Of a stretch of DNA of 33,795 nucleotides, positions 8,689-16,908 are shown piece by piece. Position 1 is the first letter of the stretch; each line of letters begins with the position of its first letter. Source of the stretch: Candidatus Sulfobium sp. (GTDB lineage: Bacteria > Nitrospirota > Thermodesulfovibrionia > Thermodesulfovibrionales > UBA6898); the NCBI GenBank assembly GCA_037380845.1, contig JARRRI010000025.1, forward strand, positions 1 to 33,795. Reading direction: 5' to 3'. A program made the translations under genes and the position numbers. The notes beneath the pieces were generated by a model. It was not told the DNA's origin. It saw only the letters and a list, made by a program, of their open reading frames with translations, and searched no databases.

Positions 8689-9445
8689 CCCATATGTCCC
8701 GAAGGGCCCATTTCTCCCTGAAAAAGGAAAGGGCCTCGTAATTTGTAAGATCCAGATGTATAGGCGTGATGGATATGCAGTTTCTCTGGACGGCTTCCAT
8801 ATCCATGTCTTCACCGCGCTCCCAGTATGGAGTGCCTCCACCTATCCAGTAATGCTTCTCACCCCAGGGGTTGTAGGTCTCCTGTATGGAGTTGTCATAG
8901 ACCCTTTTGCCCTGTTTGGTAAACCTCACCCCCCGGATTTTTTCAGCTGCCATATTGGGGATGTTGACGTTCAGAAGAGTGTCGTAGGGGAGGGAGTGTT
9001 GCAGTACAAAAGCGGCGAGGCGGAGAGCGAAATGTGATGCGGTATCGTAGTGGTAATGTTTGCCGAAAATAAGCGAAAATGCTATGGAGGGTATCCCGAA
9101 CATGGTACCCTCGACGGCTGCGGAAACAGTACCGGAATAAGTGATATCGTCACCCAGGTTCGCCCCCCTGTTGATGCCCGAGACGATAAGTGAAGGCCTT
9201 TCCGGGAGGAGCTTGTTTACCCCAAGCGTAACGCAGTCGGTCGGGGTGCCGTTTACGCTGAAGACCCGTTCCCTGATCTCCTCTGCCCTCAAGGGTCTGT
9301 GAAGTGTGAGGGAATGTCCTGCAGCGCTCCTTTCACGGTCGGGAGCGACCACGAAGGCATCGCCCAGCTTCTCCACTGCTTTATGGAGAGCGGAAATTCC
9401 GGGGGAGTGTACGCCGTCGTCATTTGTCACGAGAATAACCGGCAT
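8666..9445 (-). CDS. surE: 5'/3'-nucleotidase SurE
   Basis: ILVTNDDG, APDRERSAAGHSLT, GTPTDCV and SGINRGANLGDDITYSGTV. Confidence 0.95.
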   Translation of the reverse strand: MPVILVTNDDGVHSPGISALHKAVEKLGDAFVVAPDRERSAAGHSLTLHRPLRAEEIRERVFSVNGTPTDCVTLGVNKLLPERPSLIVSGINRGANLGDDITYSGTVSAAVEGTMFGIPSIAFSLIFGKHYHYDTASHFALRLAAFVLQHSLPYDTLLNVNIPNMAAEKIRGVRFTKQGKRVYDNSIQETYNPWGEKHYWIGGGTPYWERGEDMDMEAVQRNCISITPIHLDLTNYEALSFFREKWALRDIWDEADKEI

Positions 9446-9453
9446 CACTGCAT

Positions 9454-9462
9454 ATTCTATCA
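9454..9462 (-). promoter_or_regulatory. Extended -10 promoter of surE (TGaTAGAAT), 8 nt from the ATG
   Basis: Minus strand reads tgaTAGAATatgcagtgATG. Confidence 0.5.
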
Positions 9463-9675
9463 GAAACTCCCCGCCGCCGCATCCCGAAACAAGGTCCGGC
9501 GAATTACCACAGAAAAAGATAGCTTTCACGCAAAATAACCAAAGAAGCGGCGTAAACCCCTTATTATGAGAGATCGCCGGCGATAAAAACCTGGAATTTT
9601 CTTCCATGAGAATCTCTCCTCCGGCGAGTGGCCTGCATTTATTCACGGAAAACCCTTCTTTTCAGGATAAAAACC

Positions 9676-9704
9676 TTGCCTCTCGGGATCTTTTTATGCA
9701 AAAT
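9676..9704 (+). promoter_or_regulatory. Putative sigma70 promoter of purM
   Basis: TTGCCT-17 nt-CAAAAT. Confidence 0.4.
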
Positions 9705-9738
9705 AGAACCGATTAAGACCTGCCGCTTAGAGAATATT

Positions 9739-10782
9739 ATGAAAAGAAAGGCGCTCACATACAAAAAGGCCGGGGTCGATATTAACGAGGGGGACAGGTT
9801 CGTAAAAATGATCGCCCCACTCGTGAGCAAGACCTTCAGGCCAGGCGTAATGACCGATATCGGTTCCTTCGGAGCACTCTTCAGGCTTGACAGGAGGAAG
9901 TACCGGGAGCCGGTGCTCGTCAGCGGGACCGACGGCGTAGGCACCAAGCTCAAGGTGGCATTCATGATGGACCGTCACGATACCGTCGGTATAGACCTCG
10001 TAGCCATGTGCGTCAATGATATTCTCACGAGCGGGGCGGAACCTCTCTTTTTTCTTGACTATTTTGCCACGGGGAAGCTGAAGCCTGAGAAGGCGGCAGA
10101 GGTAGTCAAAGGCATCGCCGAGGGGTGCAGGCAGGCAGGCTGTGCCCTCATAGGCGGTGAGACAGCCGAGATGCCCGGTTTCTACGAGAAGGGGGAGTAC
10201 GACCTTTCGGGATTCGCCGTCGGTGTTGTCGAGCAGCGGAAGATTATAGACGGAAGACGTATCAAGGCAGGCGACGCAATTATTGGTGTTGCTTCGAACG
10301 GGCTTCACAGTAACGGATACTCGCTGGTGAGGAGAGTTTTCCCGGAGGCTAAAAGGACATCGCTGCGGAAGCTACTGCGGGAGACCGGGCGTACGCTTGG
10401 CGAGGAGCTGCTGAGACCGACGAAGATATATGTTGGAGCCTTCAATGCGCTCAGCCGCAAGACAGACGTAAAGGGAATGGCCCACATTACGGGCGGCGGC
10501 ATTCCAGGCAATCTCCCCAGGGTCTTACCGAAAGGGAAGGGGGCCATCGTAAATCAGAGTTCCTGGCCGCTCCCTCCAATCTTTGAAATTATTCAGGAAC
10601 AGGGCGGGGTTCCGGATGAGGACATGAAGAAAACCTTTAACATGGGCATAGGGTTCATCTTTATTGTCGACGACAGCAAGAGGGAAAGCTCCATCAGAAT
10701 TCTCCGCCGGAACGGTTTTGACTCTTATCTGCTGGGCTATGTTGAAAAAGGGATTGAGGGAGTGCGGTTTGCGAAAGGTTAA
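9739..10782 (+). CDS. purM: Phosphoribosylformylglycinamidine cyclo-ligase (AIR synthetase)
   Basis: TYKKAGVDI, TDGVGTKL, GIDLVAMCVND, GGETAEMPG, SNGLHSNGYSL, HITGGG and FNMGIG. Confidence 0.96.
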   Translation: MKRKALTYKKAGVDINEGDRFVKMIAPLVSKTFRPGVMTDIGSFGALFRLDRRKYREPVLVSGTDGVGTKLKVAFMMDRHDTVGIDLVAMCVNDILTSGAEPLFFLDYFATGKLKPEKAAEVVKGIAEGCRQAGCALIGGETAEMPGFYEKGEYDLSGFAVGVVEQRKIIDGRRIKAGDAIIGVASNGLHSNGYSLVRRVFPEAKRTSLRKLLRETGRTLGEELLRPTKIYVGAFNALSRKTDVKGMAHITGGGIPGNLPRVLPKGKGAIVNQSSWPLPPIFEIIQEQGGVPDEDMKKTFNMGIGFIFIVDDSKRESSIRILRRNGFDSYLLGYVEKGIEGVRFAKG

Positions 10783-11463
10783 GAGATTGCTGCAGAAGGC
10801 CTTCACACCGATAACCATCATGCTGATTCCCCATAGCGACGGCAGACCCTTGAGATTTAAAATCCCCTCGATAGGCATACTCCTTTCAATCGTCCTCTGG
10901 GTGACCGGGATGGCATATGTTTTTCACACAGCGGTAAACACGGCCGAATACAACAAGATGAAGATCAAACTTAATTATTATTCGTCTCAGTTTCTTGAGC
11001 TGAGGTCGACAATGTACACGCTGAGAGAGACCGAAAGCGAATTAGCAAACAAAGAGATATTTATCTCGCCACTCCCAAGGGATGGCCTACCCACGGACAT
11101 ATTACTTCTCCATACGGCTACAGGATTAATCCCGTGACTGACGGAAAAGAATTCCATAGCGGTCTCGATATAGCGGCGGAACCGGGAGAGCCGGTAAGGG
11201 CCACCGCCGACGGCATTGTCATCTTTGCCGGCTGGAGCGGTAATAACGGAAACCTGGTCGCCATAGAGCACGGCCTGGGGTTCCGGACATATTACGCCCA
11301 TAACAGGAAAGTGGTCGTAAAGGTCGGGCAGAAGGTGAAGAGGGGCCAGGTCATCAGCTACGTCGGCTCCACCGGCCGTTCCACCGGCCCCCATGTGCAT
11401 TATGAGATCTGGCATGAGGGAAAGCGTGTTAACCCGAAGAAATATATCAAAGGGAGGTCGTGA
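10769..11463 (+). pseudogene. M23 family metallopeptidase (TM + coiled coil + LytM), frameshifted near 11000-11060
   Basis: The N-terminal TM/coiled-coil part lies in one frame from TTG 10769. The LytM domain (TPKGWPTHGHITSPYGYRINP, HSGLD, YAH, STGPHVHYE) lies in the -1 frame. Confidence 0.75.
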
Positions 11464-11837
11464 TGTTTGGCAAGAATACCGGGAAGCTGGAGTCGATAAT
11501 AGGGGCCGACTCCCATTTCAAGGGTGAGATAGAAACAAAGGGAACACTCAGGATAGACGGCGGAGTGGAGGGAAACGTAAGGGCAGACTGGGTAGTAATA
11601 GGCGAAAAGGCTTTGATACGGGGGGACGTGGCAGCCAGAGGAATAATCGTGGGGGGCAAGGTCGAGGGTAACCTGAGGGCCAAGGAGATCGTGGAGCTGA
11701 AGAACAAGGGTAACGTCTCCGGCGAAATTTATTCTAACAAGCTCACCATAGCGGAAGGTGCGCTCTTCGAGGGGAAGTCTTTCATGCAGAAAGAAGAGAA
11801 GGTCGTCGAGATTTCCAGCAAGGAAAAGTCCGGATAG
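11463..11837 (+). CDS. Bactofilin (polymer-forming cytoskeletal protein, CcmA family)
   Basis: SIIGADSHFKGEI, LRIDGGVEGNV, IIVGGKVEGNL and LTIAEGALFEG beta-helix repeats. GGGAGG RBS. Confidence 0.92.
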   Translation: MFGKNTGKLESIIGADSHFKGEIETKGTLRIDGGVEGNVRADWVVIGEKALIRGDVAARGIIVGGKVEGNLRAKEIVELKNKGNVSGEIYSNKLTIAEGALFEGKSFMQKEEKVVEISSKEKSG

Positions 11838-12000
11838 CATTCCGGAACCCTATTGGATGTCGAAGTGTTCGCTGGTCGTCCTTTGCTAAACGGGAGTTCC
11901 TCGTTAATTTTCACTGCTGTCGGCGGCCGGGGCAGGAATTTCCCGGTCGGACGAGGCGCCCGTCCGGACACATAATTGTAGACTGCACTATTTTTCACGA

Positions 12001-12867
12001 TTACTTGCTGATCAATGAATTCCAGTCGTCCGAAAATTTCTCCATACCTTTTACTGTCAGATCATGATCAATTTCGTACTCCTGCCACTTGCGCGTCAGT
12101 TCTATCTCCTTGTAAGGTATGGGTTTGTAGTCTCTGGAATCATATTTGTAATCGTCGCCCGGCATTGACATTCCTCTCTCCCCCCATTCCTTGATTATTT
12201 TGAACGGAGAAGTGACGATATCCGATCCGAGTTTCAGGGCATAGAGGAAATGGTCGCTGTTCCGTACGCTTGCAGTGAGGACCTCGACGTGGCCGTCCCC
12301 TTTCTCATACATCCTGAGGATATTGGCGATGAGATCCATGCCGTTCTCACCCCGGTCATCGAGCCTGCCGATGAAGGGAGATACATAAACGTCCCCTTTC
12401 TTTGTCCCCAGGGTAGCGGCATATACGGCCGCCGCCTGTTCCTGCCTGAAGCAGAGCGTCATATTCACCCTAAGCCCCTCCTTCACCGCCTGTTCGGCGG
12501 CCTTCAGCCCCTCGTGGGAGGAGGGAAATTTGATCTGCCCGTTGGGGATCCATTTGAACATCTCTCTTCCCTGTTCGAGCATCTGTTCGGACTTCGTAGA
12601 GGTATCGGCATACACCTCGATAGAGATCGAACCTTCCGGAATCATGCCCGAGATTTCCTTTACCACGGACTGGTAGAAATCGAGGATCTCCTTCTCGGAG
12701 AATTTTTCACCTTTTTGGAGGCGTTCCTTCGCCTCGGGATTCCTGGAAATGAGGGTAGGGTTTGTCGTCTGTCCGTCCAGAAATCCACAAATTTCCAAGA
12801 CTTGTTTTGTTTCTGCGGGGTCGCCCCCGTCAAGGAAAATCCTGGTTTTCAGGTCTTTGGGTCTCAT
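12001..12867 (-). CDS. tal: Transaldolase
   Basis: FLD, GQTTNPTL, SIEV (catalytic Glu), IKFP (Schiff-base Lys), NMTLCF, YVSPFIGR (Phe as in transaldolases, not the Tyr of FSA) and ASVR. Confidence 0.88.
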   Translation of the reverse strand: MRPKDLKTRIFLDGGDPAETKQVLEICGFLDGQTTNPTLISRNPEAKERLQKGEKFSEKEILDFYQSVVKEISGMIPEGSISIEVYADTSTKSEQMLEQGREMFKWIPNGQIKFPSSHEGLKAAEQAVKEGLRVNMTLCFRQEQAAAVYAATLGTKKGDVYVSPFIGRLDDRGENGMDLIANILRMYEKGDGHVEVLTASVRNSDHFLYALKLGSDIVTSPFKIIKEWGERGMSMPGDDYKYDSRDYKPIPYKEIELTRKWQEYEIDHDLTVKGMEKFSDDWNSLISK

Positions 12868-14702
12868 AGCAGCTCCTTAATTTTCTTGATGATAGCTTTT
12901 CGTGAAATCTCTTCGAAATCGAGAAGCTCCTCCGGCTTCCCGCTCTTGGGTATTTTGGTGACCGCAAGTGAATGGATTGGTATATCATAATCGCCAAGGG
13001 CGCTCCTGACCGCCTCTGCGATGCCGCCCTCGGGATGATGGTCTTCTACCACAACGAGGTGCTGGGTGACGCTCCCTGCCTTCCTGAGTGTCTCCGCATC
13101 CACCGGCTTTATGCTGTAAAGGTCGATTACCCTTATCATGAGACCCTCTTTTTTCAGCTCCTCGTGGGCTGCGACCGCCTCATGGAGGGTTATGCCGGCT
13201 GCCGCGACAGTTACAGAGTCTCCGTCGCTCTCCCTGACCACCTTGCTCCCCCCTATGGCGAACTGCTCGTCCGTGCCGTAAATAACGGGCGTACCTGAGC
13301 GCGTTGTCCGGATATATACCATTCCCTTGTGTTTTGCGGCCGCTTCCACCAGTTTTTCCGTAGACACCGCGTCGGAAGGATACAAAACCACGGAGCCTGT
13401 TATCGACCGGAACATGGCAATGTCCTCAAGTCCCATCTGCGACGGGCCGTCCTGGCCTATGGAAACACCCGCGTGGGAGCCGCAGAACTTGATGTTTGCA
13501 TATGAGTATTGGCTCATCCGGATCTGGTCGAAGGCCCGTGTGAGAAACGCGGCAAAGCTGGATACAAACGGCAGTTTCCCTCTGGCGAAAAGTCCGAGCG
13601 CGGTCCCGGCCATGTTCTGCTCGGCGATAAACATTTCGAAAAACCGCTCAGGATGTGCATCCTTAAAGTACTCGGCCCTCGTGGAATTGCTCACTTCGGC
13701 GTCCAGCACAACCATATCGGGAAACTGCGGGAATATCCTCTTGAGACCGTTGCCGTAAGCGTTTCTGGTAGCAACCGACTTACCTTTTTCATATGACATT
13801 TCGGCGATCGCCGGGCCGGGACCCCGGTCGGCGGGCTGCAGGTCATCGGGTCTGGCAATGCTGCCCCGGACCGATTTATCCACTTCCCCCAGTTCCCCCA
13901 GTGCCTTCTGAAGAAGGTCCTTGTCCAGGGCCTTGCCGTGCCAGCCGTTCTTGTCCTCCACTTCGGAGACCCCTTTCCCCTTAACGGTCTTGGCGATGAC
14001 CATTACCGGTCTGTCTTTGACCTGCGGGATTTTTTCATAAGCGGCAAGGATTTCGTCCATGTCGTGGCCGTCAGTTATGATGATCGTTTCCCATCCAAAC
14101 GCTGAAATACGTTTTTCATAGGCCGCAATATCATGGCCGTACATCGTTTCTCCCCGCTGTCCCAGCCGGTTTACATCAAGGATTCCGATCAGGTTGTCCA
14201 GCTTGTAATAGGCTGCCAGCTGGATGGACTCCCATTGGGAGCCTTCGGCCATTTCACTGTCTCCCAGGAGGATGTAACTCCTGTAAGGAAGGTTGTCGAT
14301 ATACTTTGCGTTGACAGCCATGCCCACTCCGATGGCGAGCCCCTGCCCGAGGGAGCCTGTAGCAGCCTCGACATAGGGAAAGACAGTCGTCGGATGTCCC
14401 TCGAGGCGGCTGCCGAATTTTCTGTAGGTCATTATCTCTTCCTCGGTCACCTTGCCGGCGGCAAGCCAGGAGGAATAGAGCAGGGGAGAGGCGTGCCCCT
14501 TCGAAAAAAGGAGCCTGTCATTGTTGGGATGACCGGGATTGTCGGCATCGAACCTGAAAGTGCCTCCGAACATAAGTGCCGTCAGAAGGTCGGTTGCCGA
14601 TAACGCCGATGTCGGGTGTCCCGACCCCGCTTGTGAAGTCGACACAAGAATATAGTATCGGATGAGTTTAGCCAATTTCAGGAGATTGTCTCTGTTCGCC
14701 AT
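12864..14702 (-). CDS. tkt: Transketolase
   Basis: GSGHPTS, SKGHA, LEGHP, TGSLGQG, TPP motif GDSEMAEG...DVN, IAEQ and GVSIGQDGPSQM. Start ATG 14702 behind GAGGA. Confidence 0.93.
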   Translation of the reverse strand: MANRDNLLKLAKLIRYYILVSTSQAGSGHPTSALSATDLLTALMFGGTFRFDADNPGHPNNDRLLFSKGHASPLLYSSWLAAGKVTEEEIMTYRKFGSRLEGHPTTVFPYVEAATGSLGQGLAIGVGMAVNAKYIDNLPYRSYILLGDSEMAEGSQWESIQLAAYYKLDNLIGILDVNRLGQRGETMYGHDIAAYEKRISAFGWETIIITDGHDMDEILAAYEKIPQVKDRPVMVIAKTVKGKGVSEVEDKNGWHGKALDKDLLQKALGELGEVDKSVRGSIARPDDLQPADRGPGPAIAEMSYEKGKSVATRNAYGNGLKRIFPQFPDMVVLDAEVSNSTRAEYFKDAHPERFFEMFIAEQNMAGTALGLFARGKLPFVSSFAAFLTRAFDQIRMSQYSYANIKFCGSHAGVSIGQDGPSQMGLEDIAMFRSITGSVVLYPSDAVSTEKLVEAAAKHKGMVYIRTTRSGTPVIYGTDEQFAIGGSKVVRESDGDSVTVAAAGITLHEAVAAHEELKKEGLMIRVIDLYSIKPVDAETLRKAGSVTQHLVVVEDHHPEGGIAEAVRSALGDYDIPIHSLAVTKIPKSGKPEELLDFEEISRKAIIKKIKELL

Positions 14703-15010
14703 GGTATCCTCTCTTCCTTTTTGCATCCGTGTTCATCCCGGCCGATCTTTTCTGCGACCGGTTCTTTTTGCTTTTCCTGCTGTCTTCTGGAGGAACGCGG
14801 AATAGTTATCTTAAAAAGGGCGATTTTAAATCTTTTTTGGGTGAGAACGCTTTTTTGCACGACGGAAAACTGGGGGGTTCAAAATGTCGGCCGGCATGAG
14901 ACATTCGAAGCCCTCATTTAGATCTCGGCGACTGCGCAATGTTACTTTTTGCGATGTCCCGGCACAATGAACCTCTGATTATGGGCCGATATTATAGATG
15001 TAAGTTCACG

Positions 15011-15040
15011 TTGACAGCAGACTCTTCGCTGTGATAAAAA
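15011..15040 (+). promoter_or_regulatory. Putative sigma70 promoter of the CBS gene leader
   Basis: Perfect TTGACA followed 16-18 nt later by an A/T-rich (TGT)GATAAAAA. Confidence 0.45.
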
Positions 15041-15054
15041 ATGATCAGGAAGCA

Positions 15055-15276
15055 TCATCCGATAGTATTAACCCCTTCTTGAGGGGGGGAATGAAATTGA
15101 CTTTCTTTTTTGAAACCGGCCGGACCGCCGAAGCAAGCAACCATGGTGGTTCGGCCTTTTCGTTTGGAGAAAGGAGGCGAAACGACGCGGGGAGTGAAGG
15201 GCGGGATTAACGGGACTTTGCGGACCCTGCCCCAAATTTCTGAAAGGGAAGGTCCCGAAAGCAACACGCCCTTTAC
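15055..15276 (+). ncRNA. Structured 5' leader, candidate cis-regulatory RNA (family not recognised)
   Basis: Stems 15118-15129/15145-15156 (12 bp, followed by UUUUCGUUU), 15194-15203/15267-15276 (10 bp) and 15211-15219/15249-15257 (9 bp). Confidence 0.4.
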
Positions 15277-15313
15277 AGAGGTATGAACGGCATCGATGAA
15301 AGGGAGGTAAAAC

Positions 15314-15766
15314 ATGACCACCGTAAGAAGATTACTTGAATCAAAGCCCCGGGATACATGGACAATCCGCCCGGGGGCCACTGCATATGAGGCCCTCGAG
15401 ATAATGTCCGACAAGAATGTGGGCGCCCTGCTGGTGATAAGGGACGATGAATTGGTGGGAGTATTCTCGGAACGCGATTATGCAAGGAAGGTCATCCTCA
15501 GGGGGAAGTCTTCGAAGAATACCACTGTGGGGGAGTTGATGACCGCCCCCGTATATTTTGTGACGCCGGACATGACAATAGGCGATTGCATGGCCCTCAT
15601 GACCGACAGGAGGGTGCGCCACCTGCCGGTCATGGAAAACCGGAGAGTCTTGGGCGTGGTAAGCATCGGCGACGTGGTCAACAGGATCATAACCGAACAG
15701 CAGATCACGATCCGCGACCTCGAAAGTTTCATCACCGGCGGCTATGCCGACGTCGGGAGTCGCTGA
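15314..15766 (+). CDS. Stand-alone tandem CBS-domain protein
   Basis: NVGALLV, GVFSERDYARK, VRHLPV and GVVSIGDVV. Strong GGGAGGT RBS. Confidence 0.92.
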   Translation: MTTVRRLLESKPRDTWTIRPGATAYEALEIMSDKNVGALLVIRDDELVGVFSERDYARKVILRGKSSKNTTVGELMTAPVYFVTPDMTIGDCMALMTDRRVRHLPVMENRRVLGVVSIGDVVNRIITEQQITIRDLESFITGGYADVGSR

Positions 15767-15851
15767 CGAGGCTTACCGGGAAAACCGGCTCTTTGTATAG
15801 CGGGCAATAGCTTCTGTCACCGGTTCTCTCCGTTTATTGATGGCTTGCATG

Positions 15852-16634
15852 TCAGCCGCCGTGAGCAAAATCCGGATAGTCGGTCATGCCTCCGTCAACA
15901 TAGATGGTGCGGCCCGTGACGTAGGAGGCGACGTCTGATGCAAGCACGACAACCATGCGGCCTATATCCGAGGCTTCACCCATACGTTTAATTGGGATCT
16001 TTTCGAGGAGGTCCCTCAGGCTGTCGGGATTGTCCCATACCGACCGGTTGATCGGGGTCTTGATGGCGCCGGGTCCTACCGACACGACACGCACTCCGTG
16101 GGGCGCGGCTTCCTGGGCCAGTGTCCGGGCCATCATGCCTACGCCTGCCTTGCTGGCGGTGTATGCGCTATACCCGGACCAGGCAACGATCTCATGAACG
16201 GAGCTGATATTAATGATGACACCGCTCTTGTTCGGGACCATCCGCTTCAGGGCCTGCCGTGAACAGTAGAAAGCGCCGAACAGGTTTATTTCAATCACCC
16301 GCCGCCACTCGCCGATATCGGCATCCCAGCCAAAGGCCCGCGACCCGTCGATACCGGCATTATTTACGAGAATGTCGATGCCGTTCCACTCCGCGTCGAT
16401 TTCCTTAAACATTGCAGAGACCGCCCCGGGATCGGAGATGTCTGCGTGAAGCGCAGTCGCCTTGCCGTGTTTCTCCCTGATTTCCGCCACTACCTTCTCC
16501 GCGGCTTCGGGGCGGGTGACGTAATTGATGCCCACTGTTGCGCCGGCGTCGGCCAGTTCCCGGACAACTGCTTCGCCTATTCCCGAGTTGCCGCCGGTCA
16601 CCAGTGCCCTCTTTCCTTCAAGGTTGATGTTCAT
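15852..16634 (-). CDS. Short-chain dehydrogenase/reductase, glucose 1-dehydrogenase-like
   Basis: TGGNSGIG, NNAG, SSVHE, YTASK, PGAIKTPIN and VDGGMT. Confidence 0.88.
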   Translation of the reverse strand: MNINLEGKRALVTGGNSGIGEAVVRELADAGATVGINYVTRPEAAEKVVAEIREKHGKATALHADISDPGAVSAMFKEIDAEWNGIDILVNNAGIDGSRAFGWDADIGEWRRVIEINLFGAFYCSRQALKRMVPNKSGVIINISSVHEIVAWSGYSAYTASKAGVGMMARTLAQEAAPHGVRVVSVGPGAIKTPINRSVWDNPDSLRDLLEKIPIKRMGEASDIGRMVVVLASDVASYVTGRTIYVDGGMTDYPDFAHGG

Positions 16635-16908
16635 ATCGAATACCTCCGTGGTAACTTCAACTCATTCGTAGGGAAAAGCCGCATCCGGCAGGTGCTTGTC
16701 AGGCGGTAAAGTCTGAACCGGCACGACGTTTTCGGCTCCCTGCCAGATTGCGCAAACCTTGCCAAATTATCGCACCGGTACTGAGCAGTGTCAACGTAGC
16801 ATATGTGCCGTAACTTGTTCACGGAAGGCATGGGACGCCGGGCCGGTCCAGGCTCTGCAGAAATGAAGGAGGTGTTTGTCCCGCTGGTGCGCCTGTGAAT
16901 GATCCGGA

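Noticed and set aside
9570..9730. Purine/ZTP riboswitch upstream of purM (TCGCCGG...CCGGCGA inverted repeat)
   Set aside because: No consensus riboswitch motifs, and the repeat lies upstream of the putative purM promoter.
16749..16764. Minus-strand TGGCAAGGTTTGCGCA (GG-N10-GC) upstream of the SDR gene
   Set aside because: The -12 element lacks TTGC and there is no supporting evidence; too weak to call.
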